Shown: positions 33,898 to 42,694 of the stretch, in pieces
How positions within the stretch are numbered: the stretch's first letter is position 1
Layout: every line of letters begins with the position of its first letter
NCBI GenBank assembly: GCA_029821495.1
Contig: JALGTG010000003.1
Span: forward strand, 1 to 46,585
Direction: 5' to 3'
DNA: 46,585 nucleotides
From: Candidatus Hebobacteria bacterium
GTDB taxonomy: Bacteria; Armatimonadota; Hebobacteria; Hebobacterales; Hebobacteraceae
Translations under genes and position numbers: made by a program
Notes under the pieces: generated by a model
What the model was told of the DNA's origin: nothing
Seen by the model: only the letters and a program-made list of their open reading frames with translations
Databases searched by the model: none

Positions 33898-35703
33898 GTG
33901 AAGCGTACTCTGGGTTTGGCCGTTTTGGCTGTCTCGCTGTTCGCCATCCCAGCACTCGCAGCAGTCGACAACGCAGCTCCCGTCATCACCATCACGTGGC
34001 CGCACGAGGGCCTCACCATCGCCACCGACAGGGCCGATGTGCAGGCTGCCTATGAGGCGTCCGAGGATGCCGCGATCCAGCAGGTGAGCTTGGTCCTGGA
34101 CGGCAGGACGGTGGCCCTGCACAGTATTGACCCGCCGGAGCAAAGCGGCGCGGTCTCCTTCGTATGGGTGGCCGCAGAATATGCCGACGGGAGCCACGAT
34201 ATCACGGTCAGGGCCGTGGACACCGCGGGGGAAGTCGCGGAGCAGACGATCTCCGTGCTCCTCACGCGGCGACCTGTGGAGATCAACCGCGGAGTCCGCA
34301 TCCTCTCCCCGGAGCCCGGAACGACCGTCGCCGGCAGGACGCCAATCGAAGTGGTGCCCGATCGGCCGGCTTCCGTGAGGTACGTGATCTTCCTGATTGA
34401 CGACGTCTTCAAGGCGATGACCAACATGCAGCCGTTCACGTACGTATGGGATACAACTCGCTACCTGAACGGGCTGCACGAGCTACAGGTGAAAGCCTAC
34501 CTCGGCAGCGGCGGGGAGGCTCTGTCGCCGCCGGTTCAGGTCAGAGTGGACAACCCAAGCGGGCCCACGTCGATGCGGGAGGCCGCGGCCGGCTCGCGCG
34601 AGCGACCTCGGTCCACCACCGCGCGGGACTGGCCGCCGGCACGCGCGAAGCAGCCGACCGTCCCGCCGCCGATGCGCACACAGAGCCTGACACCTGCTGC
34701 CACTACGATAACGATGGCCGATCCGCAGGTTGGGGCGCCTGGGACGGCGCCGTTTGTCAGCGCGACCGGCGAACTAATGCATCCGCCGTCGCCACTGCGG
34801 GCGGAGCAGAAGGGACGAGTGCAGCCAGTCGAGATCGCGACGCTTCCGGCTGGCGCGGAGGAGGCGGCCCCTTCCGAGATGGCCTCCTCAGGGCCGCCAG
34901 CCGAGCCGACCGTCATCCCCGCGGAGGGCGAGATGCCCGCGGTGAGCTGCCTCGATGCGATGGGAGCGCAGGCCCGCGTCCCCGAGGCGGCGCCGATAGC
35001 AGTGGCGCTTCTACCGGCCCTTCCCGTCGAGGAGCAGGCTCCGGTCGCGCCGGCGGCACGCAGCGTCGCAGTTGGCAGCCAGCGGCCCGCGGCAGCGACG
35101 TCGGCGCCGGCAGTCGAGGCCTCCAGTCCAACGCCCGCCGCCGCTCAGATTGCGATGCTGCCGCCACGTCCCATCGAGCGAATCCCTACCCCGAAGGTGA
35201 CCGCCGCGCCAGCGCCAGCGGAAGTTGTGCATGTCGTTCGGGTCGGCGACTGGCTGTGGGCGATTGCGTCGGAGTACGGCGTCTCACCCAAGGCAATCGC
35301 CCGGGCGAACGGGCTGTCCGACGCCAACATGATCCACCCGGGGCAGCGGCTGATGATTCCGGCTGCGCCCGTCTACTTCGACAATCGCCCGCTCGCCACC
35401 GAGGTCCCGACCACGATTGCTGAGGGGCGGGCGATGGTGGAGTTCCGCCCGGTGATCGAGGAGTCCGGCGGGAGTGTGGTGTGGGAATCCGCCGAGAAGC
35501 GCGCGAGCGCGGTCGCTCGCGGCCACGAGGTCGCGGTGACGATCGGCAGCGACCGAGCGGAGGTCGACGGAGGGTGGACGGCGATGGGTGCGCCCGCGGA
35601 GCTCCGGACGAACCGCGCGGTGGTGCCTCTGCGGTTCCTGGGCGATGCTCTCGACCTAGTGCTGCAGTATGAGGACGGGATCATACACATCGCCAGTTGG
35701 TGA
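33898..35703 (+). CDS. Exported protein: two Ig-like domains, Pro/Ala-rich linker, LysM domain, copper-amine-oxidase-N-like domain
   Basis: GTG 33898 with AAGGAG 7 nt upstream gives signal peptide VKRTLGLAVLAVSLFAIPALA. LysM: VHVVRVGDWLWAIASEYGVSPKAIARANGLSDANMIHPGQRLMIP. C-terminus: NRAVVPLRFLGDALDLVLQYE. The ORF-track start 33805 was rejected (no SD, no signal peptide). Confidence 0.75.
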   Translation: MKRTLGLAVLAVSLFAIPALAAVDNAAPVITITWPHEGLTIATDRADVQAAYEASEDAAIQQVSLVLDGRTVALHSIDPPEQSGAVSFVWVAAEYADGSHDITVRAVDTAGEVAEQTISVLLTRRPVEINRGVRILSPEPGTTVAGRTPIEVVPDRPASVRYVIFLIDDVFKAMTNMQPFTYVWDTTRYLNGLHELQVKAYLGSGGEALSPPVQVRVDNPSGPTSMREAAAGSRERPRSTTARDWPPARAKQPTVPPPMRTQSLTPAATTITMADPQVGAPGTAPFVSATGELMHPPSPLRAEQKGRVQPVEIATLPAGAEEAAPSEMASSGPPAEPTVIPAEGEMPAVSCLDAMGAQARVPEAAPIAVALLPALPVEEQAPVAPAARSVAVGSQRPAAATSAPAVEASSPTPAAAQIAMLPPRPIERIPTPKVTAAPAPAEVVHVVRVGDWLWAIASEYGVSPKAIARANGLSDANMIHPGQRLMIPAAPVYFDNRPLATEVPTTIAEGRAMVEFRPVIEESGGSVVWESAEKRASAVARGHEVAVTIGSDRAEVDGGWTAMGAPAELRTNRAVVPLRFLGDALDLVLQYEDGIIHIASW

Positions 35704-35733
35704 CGGCGGCTGCGAGAAACAGGTGAAGAGCGC

Positions 35734-35769
35734 GAAGCGGCGGGCGAAGGTCCGCCGCTTCTTCTTTGG
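35734..35769 (+). terminator. Rho-independent terminator
   Basis: Perfect 10-bp stem gaagcggcgg/ccgccgcttc, loop gcgaaggt, then ttctttgg. Confidence 0.8.
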
Positions 35770-35863
35770 ATGCCGAGCGCCCGTGGAACATTCCGGACTC
35801 TGAGTTGGTCTAAGGGGTTGAGCGAGGCCGAAGTGCTCCAAGCCAGCCAAGGAGAGTTGCATC

Positions 35864-38800
35864 ATGGGTAAGACGACTGCTCATCTGGTCAAATGGGCGG
35901 CAATCATAGGCGCTGCGGCGGTGCTGTCGGTTTCTCTGGGGGCAGGGCCCACGGCTTCCGAGTCGGAGATCTCACCCCTGCAAACCGTGATCCTGGGACA
36001 GTCCCGTTGGCTGGCCGGCGGCCCTGCATCGCTGCGCGTAGTCGCGACTAACCACGAGACGGGGGAGCCGGTTCCCGGGGCGGTTCACATCGGGCTGACA
36101 CCTACCGACCAGCAGGCAATCGGCAAGATGAGCCTGTACAGCGGCCCGCTGAAGGACGGCACGCTGGACGCGAAGCTCATGGTGCCCAACCTGAATCCGG
36201 GCACGTACGAGCTTTCGGTACGCGTGGTGTCGCGGCTCGGGATAGACGATGTCAAGCGCAGCGTAACCATCGCTCGGGAGACGCGGCTTCTGCTGACGAC
36301 GGACAAGCCGCTGTATCAGCCGGGTCAGACGATACACATACGCGCGCTGGCGCTCGTGCGGCCCTCGATGGGGCCCGCGGCGGGCGCGCCCATCACTCTC
36401 GAGGTTGAGGACTCGAAAGGCAACAAGGTCTTCAAGAAGGCCATCGAGGCATCTGAGTACGGTCTCGTATCGGCGGAGTTCGTGCTGGCCGATGAGATCA
36501 ACATGGGCCGCTACAAGGTGCGCGCGGTGATGGAGGAAGGGAGCGCGGAGCGAAGTGTTGAGGTGAAGCGGTACGTGCTGCCCAAGTTCAAGGTGGACCT
36601 GACGACGGATCGCTCGTACTACCTGCCCGGAGAGACGATGACCGGCAAGGTGCAGTGCGACTACTTCTTCGGGAAGGCGACCTCGCATTCGGATGTTCTC
36701 ATCACCGTTTCCACCTTCGATGTCGGGTTCAACGAAGTTGCGGAGATCAAGGGGAAGACTGACGAGAACGGGACATTCAAGTTCGAGACGGAGCTGCCGA
36801 CGCACTTCGTCGGGCAGCCGCTGGAGCAGGGAAAGGCCTTTGTGAAGCTCGACTGCGAGGTGACCGACAAAGCGGAGCATACGGAGAAGGTCACCGAGAT
36901 GGTGCCGGTGGCGAAGGACCCCGTGATCATCACCGTTGTGCCGGAGTCGGGTGAGATCAAGCCGGGCTTGGACAACGTGCTCTACGTTGTTCTTAGCAGG
37001 CCCGATGGGACACCTGTAAAGGGGAAGATAGATACCTACTTCCTGAGCAAGGGTCTGGAGGGACCTGGTAAGTGGTGGGCCACTTCGCCAGGGATATGTG
37101 AGACCGACGCTGCCGGCATCGCGGAGGTCCGTGTGACTTCCCAGCCCCGCATCATGGAGATAGGGACGCGGGGCTCGCTGAAGTCTATCACACAACGCGA
37201 GACCTTCGCCGGTCTCGATGTCAGCCTTCTTGAGCCAATGCGTACGGAACCGCGCTTCATCGAGCTCCCTGCGCAGCCCACGCCGAGTGGCTCCCTCCTC
37301 CTCCGCGCCTCCCGCGCCCTCGCCAAGGTCGGCGACGCGGTCGAGTTCACAGTCATCTCCACCAAGCAGCGGGGCACGACCTACGTTGACGTGATCCGCG
37401 ACAATCAGACCGTGCTGACTCAGACGGTTGACCTCGAAGGCGGCCGGTCGGAGTTCGAGCTCCCGCTGACGCACGATCTACAGGGGACGCTTCAAGTCCA
37501 CGCCTACCAGATTCTGCCCGACGAGAACATCATCCGCGATACGCGGCTGCTGTACGTGGAGCCTGCCGACGACCTCGTGGTGGAGGTGCGGCCGAACCAG
37601 GAGACCTACCGGCCCGGCGACCCGGCCGAGCTGAGCTTCGCGGTTCGCGACCAGTCCGGGCGCGCCGTGCAGGCTGCGCTCGGGGTGACGATTGTAGACG
37701 AGAGCGTGTTCGCGCTCCAGGAGATGCAGCCGGGGCTGGAGCGCATCTACTTCGCACTGGAGAAGGAGTTGCTGAAGCCGCGGTACGAGATTCACGGCTT
37801 CACGACGGAGGGCGTCGTCACTGGGCGCCTGCCGTTTGCGCCCGGGCAGGCGGAGGCAGGGGAGGCGGCGCGGCAGCGGGCAGCGGCGGTGCTATTTGCA
37901 GCCGCGGAGCAGCGCAATCCGCACACTCTGACTGTGAACACGTACGAGGAACGGCTGCGAGAGGCAATGGAGGCGTGGGTGAAGCAGATCGCGCGGGACG
38001 CGGAGAAGATCGACCGCGCGCTGCGCAGATACTACGAGCGCCACCGGCAGTATCTGAAGGAAGATGCCGACATCTCCGTGCTTGTGGACGAAGGGCTGCT
38101 CAGCCGGAGCGACCTGCGGGATCGGTGGGGTGACCCCTATCGGGTGCGGTGGCACAGGACGCAGTGCTGGCTGGAATCGGCCGGCCCGGACGGCAAATGG
38201 GACACGAAGGACGACATCAGGGGTATCGGCCAGTGGGCGAAGGGCGGCCGGATGCGACTGCTCGCGGAGGGGGTTGCGGTCGCCGGTCGCGCCGGCGGCA
38301 GAGGCGGCGGCATGGGGGGCGCTAGGTTCCGCGCCGCCGACATGAGCGTGGACGAGGCCAAAGCGATGCCGATGGCGGCGCCCGCGTCCGCGGAGCCGGA
38401 AGCGGCCGGACAGCCGCAGGTGCGGCTGCGCCAGTTCTTCCCTGATACCATGTACGTCAATCCGTCAGTGATCACCGACCAGCATGTTCGGGCTACCGTG
38501 ACGGTAGAGATGTCGGACTCGATCACCACCTGGCGGATGCAGGCGCTGGCGTCGTCGCAGCGCGGCCAGCTCGGCAGCTCGACTACAGGGCTGCGAGTGT
38601 TCCAGGATTTCTTCATCGACATAGACCTGCCGGTGGCGCTGACACAGAACGACGAGATCTCCATTCCGATCGCGGTCTACAACTATCTGCCTGAGTCCCA
38701 GACGGTCAAGCTGTCTCTGGAACGCCAGCCCTGGTTCGAGCTGGTCGGGGACGAGGCAGAGAAGTCGCTGGACCTGGCGGCGTCGGATATTCGCGTCGTC

Positions 38801-40519
38801 TACTATCGCATTCGCGCGAAGAAGATCGGCAACAATGCACTGACCGTGTGGGCCAAAGGATCACACCTGAGCGACGCCATCAAGCGACGGATCGAGGTGC
38901 TGCCCGATGGCGAGGAGCGCCGGGACACGTGGAACGACCGGCTCACAGGGACGGTGGCGAAGGAAGTGACGATCCCGAAGGAGGCGATCCCGGACGCGTC
39001 TACGATTCTGGTGAAGATCTACCCGGGGCTCTTCAGCCAGGCCGTCGAGGGGCTCGACTCGATGCTGCGGATGCCGTTCGGCTGCTTCGAGCAGACCAGC
39101 TCGGTGACATATCCGAACGTGCTGGTGATGGACTACATGAAGTCCACGAAGAAGATCACGCCCGAGATTCAGATGAAGGCGGAGCAGTACATCAACGTCG
39201 GCTACCAGCGCCTGCTCTCCTACGAGGTCGAAGGCGGAGGGTTCTCGTGGTTCGGCAATGCGCCGGCCCACAAGGTGCTCACCTCCTACGGGCTGATGCA
39301 ATTCCGCGATATGAGCTGCGTGCACGAGGTGGACGAGAACGTCATCACACGAACCCAGAACTGGCTTGCCGGGCTCCAGCAGAAGGACGGCACGTGGGAG
39401 CGGGATGAGGGGGGCATCGCCGAGGGGATCATCAATCGCCAGACCGACACCCTCAGGGTCACTGCCTATGTCACCTGGGCCCTTGCGGAGTCCGGCCATG
39501 AGGGCCCGGGACTCGAGCGAGCCCTTCAGTACCTCGACGCGCACTGGCACGACGCGGAAGATGCCTATGCCATCGCGGTCATCGCGAACGCCTGCCTCGC
39601 CGCCGAGCCCGACTCGGCCACTGCGGGCTGGGTCGTCGACGCTCTCGCCAGGCTGGCCATTGTCGAGGACGACGTCGCCTACTGGCGAGCCGCAGGGCCG
39701 ACCTTCACCTCTGCCCAAGACGGCTCGGCCGATCTGGAGACAACCGCGCTGGCCACCTATGCGCTGGTGAAGTCCGGCCGGCACGTTGACCTGACGAACA
39801 AGGCCATCACGTATCTGATTCGGTCGAAGGACAGCTTCGGCACGTGGCAGACCACACAGGCGACGGTCTGGTCGCTGAAGGCGCTGCTGCTCTCGCTGCA
39901 GAGGGCGGCCGAGGAGATCGACGCCACCGTCGAGATCGAGGTGAACGGCGAGCGAGCAGGCTCGTTCCGCATCACGGAGGCCGACTATGAGGTCGTTCGG
40001 CAGGTGGACGCGCGCGATTTGGTGAGGGAAGGCAAGAACAACGTGCGGATTGCGCTGGACGGAGAAGGCACCGCTCTCTACCAGATAGTCGCTAAGTACT
40101 ACATGCCATGGAAGATGGTGGAGCCGCCCGCGCAAGAGCTGCTCACGATTGATGTTGAGTACGATCGAACGGAGTTGGCGACCGACGACATCGTGACGGC
40201 CTCGGTTCGGGTGGTGAACAACGCGCCGCGCGACTGCAACATGGTGGTCATAGATCTCGGCCTGCCGCCGGGCTTCGAGGTGATGACGGAAGACTTGCAG
40301 GGGCTGGTGGCGGAGAAGACGATCCAGAAGTACACGGTTGCCGCGCGCCAGATCATCATCTACCTCGACCGCCTGGCCTCTCGCAAGCCGCTGGAGTTCT
40401 CGTACCGTCTGCGGGCGAAGTTCCCGATCAAGGCGGCGACTCCGGCATCCCGAGTATATCGGTATTACAATCCGGAGATCGAGGCAACGGCGCAGCCCAT
40501 CGCGTTGGAGGTACGTTAG
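35864..40519 (+). CDS. Bacterial alpha-2-macroglobulin family protein with intact thioester motif
   Basis: 1551 aa with a signal peptide and MG-domain repeats. Gly/Arg-rich flexible candidate bait segment at about 38260-38425, followed by RQFFPDTMY. Thioester motif GCFEQ (CFEQ at 39083-39094). Alpha/alpha-toroid TED segment (GGFSWFG...DGTWE...DSFGTWQTTQATVWSLKAL). C-terminal receptor-binding-like domain. Confidence 0.88.
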   Translation: MGKTTAHLVKWAAIIGAAAVLSVSLGAGPTASESEISPLQTVILGQSRWLAGGPASLRVVATNHETGEPVPGAVHIGLTPTDQQAIGKMSLYSGPLKDGTLDAKLMVPNLNPGTYELSVRVVSRLGIDDVKRSVTIARETRLLLTTDKPLYQPGQTIHIRALALVRPSMGPAAGAPITLEVEDSKGNKVFKKAIEASEYGLVSAEFVLADEINMGRYKVRAVMEEGSAERSVEVKRYVLPKFKVDLTTDRSYYLPGETMTGKVQCDYFFGKATSHSDVLITVSTFDVGFNEVAEIKGKTDENGTFKFETELPTHFVGQPLEQGKAFVKLDCEVTDKAEHTEKVTEMVPVAKDPVIITVVPESGEIKPGLDNVLYVVLSRPDGTPVKGKIDTYFLSKGLEGPGKWWATSPGICETDAAGIAEVRVTSQPRIMEIGTRGSLKSITQRETFAGLDVSLLEPMRTEPRFIELPAQPTPSGSLLLRASRALAKVGDAVEFTVISTKQRGTTYVDVIRDNQTVLTQTVDLEGGRSEFELPLTHDLQGTLQVHAYQILPDENIIRDTRLLYVEPADDLVVEVRPNQETYRPGDPAELSFAVRDQSGRAVQAALGVTIVDESVFALQEMQPGLERIYFALEKELLKPRYEIHGFTTEGVVTGRLPFAPGQAEAGEAARQRAAAVLFAAAEQRNPHTLTVNTYEERLREAMEAWVKQIARDAEKIDRALRRYYERHRQYLKEDADISVLVDEGLLSRSDLRDRWGDPYRVRWHRTQCWLESAGPDGKWDTKDDIRGIGQWAKGGRMRLLAEGVAVAGRAGGRGGGMGGARFRAADMSVDEAKAMPMAAPASAEPEAAGQPQVRLRQFFPDTMYVNPSVITDQHVRATVTVEMSDSITTWRMQALASSQRGQLGSSTTGLRVFQDFFIDIDLPVALTQNDEISIPIAVYNYLPESQTVKLSLERQPWFELVGDEAEKSLDLAASDIRVVYYRIRAKKIGNNALTVWAKGSHLSDAIKRRIEVLPDGEERRDTWNDRLTGTVAKEVTIPKEAIPDASTILVKIYPGLFSQAVEGLDSMLRMPFGCFEQTSSVTYPNVLVMDYMKSTKKITPEIQMKAEQYINVGYQRLLSYEVEGGGFSWFGNAPAHKVLTSYGLMQFRDMSCVHEVDENVITRTQNWLAGLQQKDGTWERDEGGIAEGIINRQTDTLRVTAYVTWALAESGHEGPGLERALQYLDAHWHDAEDAYAIAVIANACLAAEPDSATAGWVVDALARLAIVEDDVAYWRAAGPTFTSAQDGSADLETTALATYALVKSGRHVDLTNKAITYLIRSKDSFGTWQTTQATVWSLKALLLSLQRAAEEIDATVEIEVNGERAGSFRITEADYEVVRQVDARDLVREGKNNVRIALDGEGTALYQIVAKYYMPWKMVEPPAQELLTIDVEYDRTELATDDIVTASVRVVNNAPRDCNMVVIDLGLPPGFEVMTEDLQGLVAEKTIQKYTVAARQIIIYLDRLASRKPLEFSYRLRAKFPIKAATPASRVYRYYNPEIEATAQPIALEVR

Positions 40520-40545
40520 TGCGGAGTTGCGAGGAGGCAGTAGAT

Positions 40546-41664
40546 ATGACGACACGCATAGTGCATGCTGTGATTGCCGTGCTGGTGCTGTCCGGCCTCT
40601 TGCTCCTGGGCAGCCTGGCGGTGGACGAAAGTGCAGGAGCGGCGGCCGAGACGACGGAGATGCTGGTGCGGCCCCCCTCTCTGTCGGATGCGATCGACGC
40701 CTACGCCTCGCGCCTTCAGGTCGGTCGGCCGCAGCGCTATGCGCACCTGACGATCTTCCCCGTGTTCGCGGACGGCGTGATAGTGCCTCCCGTCGAACTC
40801 GGTCTCGACAAGGCGCTGAAGCAGGGGCTGCTGGAGATCGTCGAGCTCGACCGCGCCGAGGTGAACCGAGTGCGCCTGCGCAGCCGTGCAGACGAGCCCA
40901 TCTTCATTATGGGGGGAGAGATGCTGCTCGGCGCGAAGCAGGACCGGATCGTCGGGCACGATCTGGTGGTGCCGCCTGGAGCAGACCTCGTGGTCCCCGT
41001 GTACTGCGTGGAGCAGGGACGCTGGGTCGCCAAGACAGACACCTTCAGCAGCGCGGGCGCGCTCGTCGCGCCGGAGGTGCGCAAGGCGCGGCAGCAGGCC
41101 GACCAAGGAGCAGTGTGGTCCAGAGTGGCAGAAGAGCAGAGCCGCCTGGGCGCGCAGAGCGAGACAGGGGCATTTCGATCGATTCAAGAGAGCGAACAAG
41201 TGCAGGACAAGCTGCGCCCCTATGTCCGCGCGCTCTCCGACTTCGCGGCCGATCATCCAAGGGCGCGGGGTGCAGTCGCCTGCGTTGGGACAGAGATTAT
41301 CGCCGCCGATCTGTTCGGCTCGCGCTCGCTCTTCCTAACACTGTGGCCCAAGCTGCTGGAGTCGTATGTGATAGACGTGCTGGATCGGCCTGGGCCGGCG
41401 GGTCAGCCGCTAGATGCCGTTCGCATCAAGAAGTGGCTGATCGACATGGGACGGGCCGAGAGGTCCCGCGGGCCAAGCCCGGGCGCAGGGACGCTGTGGG
41501 AGCTCCGCGGCCGCGAGATCATGGGATCCGCCCTGGTGTACGAGGAGGGCGTTGTCCACGTGGAGCTGTTCAGGCGCCGCCACGTTCGGCCGCTCCGGTT
41601 CAACCGCCTTCAGTTCCGTCGGGAGAGACTTGAGGAAGACGAGGAACAGACCATCGTGCGCTAG
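40546..41664 (+). CDS. Membrane-anchored protein resembling DUF6569 / ARPP-1 family (from memory)
   Basis: ATG 40546 with GAGGAGG 8 nt upstream. N-terminal TM helix IVHAVIAVLVLSGLLLLGSL. The core LTIFPVF...LDKALKQGLLEIVELD...VRLRSRADEPIFIMGGEMLLGAKQDRIVGHDLVVPPGADLVVPVYCVEQGRW matches my recollection of the DUF6569 consensus. Confidence 0.55.
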   Translation: MTTRIVHAVIAVLVLSGLLLLGSLAVDESAGAAAETTEMLVRPPSLSDAIDAYASRLQVGRPQRYAHLTIFPVFADGVIVPPVELGLDKALKQGLLEIVELDRAEVNRVRLRSRADEPIFIMGGEMLLGAKQDRIVGHDLVVPPGADLVVPVYCVEQGRWVAKTDTFSSAGALVAPEVRKARQQADQGAVWSRVAEEQSRLGAQSETGAFRSIQESEQVQDKLRPYVRALSDFAADHPRARGAVACVGTEIIAADLFGSRSLFLTLWPKLLESYVIDVLDRPGPAGQPLDAVRIKKWLIDMGRAERSRGPSPGAGTLWELRGREIMGSALVYEEGVVHVELFRRRHVRPLRFNRLQFRRERLEEDEEQTIVR

Positions 41665-41695
41665 TGCGAAGTGAAGGTCCGACTAGACGACATGT

Positions 41696-41730
41696 GGGGC
41701 GGGAGCTTAGCTCCCGCCCCTTCGCTTTCT
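41696..41730 (+). terminator. Rho-independent terminator
   Basis: Perfect 11-bp stem ggggcgggagc/gctcccgcccc, loop tta, then ttcgctttct. Confidence 0.8.
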
Positions 41731-41909
41731 GCAGCGCACTTGAAGGCAGTAGGCGACGGCGCGCGTGCCGGCAGGGCGCAATGGCGTCAGGCGCCATTCC
41801 CATTGATCGCGCAGAGGGCAAACCACCCAGTGCCACTGATCGCGCACGAAAACCACCCGCAGTGCCATTTACCCCCGCGCGCCACAACAAACACCCGCCT
41901 GGACCTCGG

Positions 41910-41937
41910 TTGACCTGCCGCCCGACTGTGGTATAAT
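41910..41937 (+). promoter_or_regulatory. Sigma70-type extended -10 promoter for the dtxR-feoB operon
   Basis: TTGACC (41910-41915), 16-nt spacer ending in TGg, TATAAT (41932-41937). The near-palindrome ttaggcgcgactaa (41939-41952) immediately follows. Confidence 0.6.
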
Positions 41938-41986
41938 CTTAGGCGCGACTAAACATCGAGGTTGGCCGTCCTAAAGGAGGCGCGAG

Positions 41987-42694
41987 ATGCCATCTCCGGT
42001 GGAACTCTCAGACTCCGTAGAGGACTATCTCGAAGCCATTCATCGTCTCAGCGCCACGCCAGAAGGGGTATCGACTACCGCCCTTGCGCGGCAGCTCGAG
42101 GTGACTCCGGCATCCGTGACCGGGATGCTGAGACGCCTGTCGGAGCTGGGACTCATCACCTACCGGCGATATCGAGACATCGCGCTGACACGGTCCGGCC
42201 AGCGGCACGCTCGCGAGGTGATCCGCCGACATCGGCTGGCGGAGAGACTCCTCACGGACGTGTTGGGGGTGCCGCTGGCCGAGGCGCACGATGAGGCGCG
42301 CCGGCTGGAACACGCTGTCTCCCCGGCCCTCGAGGCCAGGATCGCGGAAACCCTGGGCGAACCGAAGGTCTGTCCCCACGGGCATCCACTGGACCCAGCC
42401 GCGGCGGACCGGACGATGAGCCTGGCGGAGGCGCCGCTGAACCGCGCCCTCGTCGTCACGCGCCTCGAGGACGAGTCTCCCGAGGTCATCCGCCACCTCA
42501 CCGAGCGCAAGCTCCTGCCGGGCGCGCGTGTCAGAGTCAAGGCCCGAGAGCCTCTCGACGGTACAGTAATCATGGACGTTGAGGGCGACACTCAGCCGCT
42601 CGGCCCGAAGGTGGCAGCCAGCATAAGGGTCCGCCGCGCTCAGCGAGCGCGGCGCCGGCCGGCGAGGAGGTCAGGCGACCTTGGGCGCGCTTGA
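41987..42694 (+). CDS. DtxR/IdeR/MntR-family metal-dependent transcriptional regulator with C-terminal FeoA/SH3-like domain
   Basis: VEDYLEAIHRL...STTALARQLEVTPASVTGMLRRLSELGLI (wHTH). RRHRLAERLLTDVLGVP...HDEARRLEHAVS...CPHGHP (metal-binding/dimerisation). C-terminal LNRALVVTRL...LLPGARVRVK. Confidence 0.85.
   Translation: MPSPVELSDSVEDYLEAIHRLSATPEGVSTTALARQLEVTPASVTGMLRRLSELGLITYRRYRDIALTRSGQRHAREVIRRHRLAERLLTDVLGVPLAEAHDEARRLEHAVSPALEARIAETLGEPKVCPHGHPLDPAAADRTMSLAEAPLNRALVVTRLEDESPEVIRHLTERKLLPGARVRVKAREPLDGTVIMDVEGDTQPLGPKVAASIRVRRAQRARRRPARRSGDLGRA

Noticed and set aside
38861-40555. 564-aa minus-strand ORF inside the A2M gene. The same reasoning applies to 35972..37474, 8694..10133, 21408..22352, 25865..26848 and 29403..30482.
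   Set aside because: Same GC-driven antisense artefact. The composition is dominated by R, P, H, G and L, and in every case the sense strand has strong family motifs.
41801-41867. Direct repeats that might hint at a CRISPR array
   Set aside because: Only two imperfect copies with essentially no spacer and no cas genes. More consistent with regulator binding sites.
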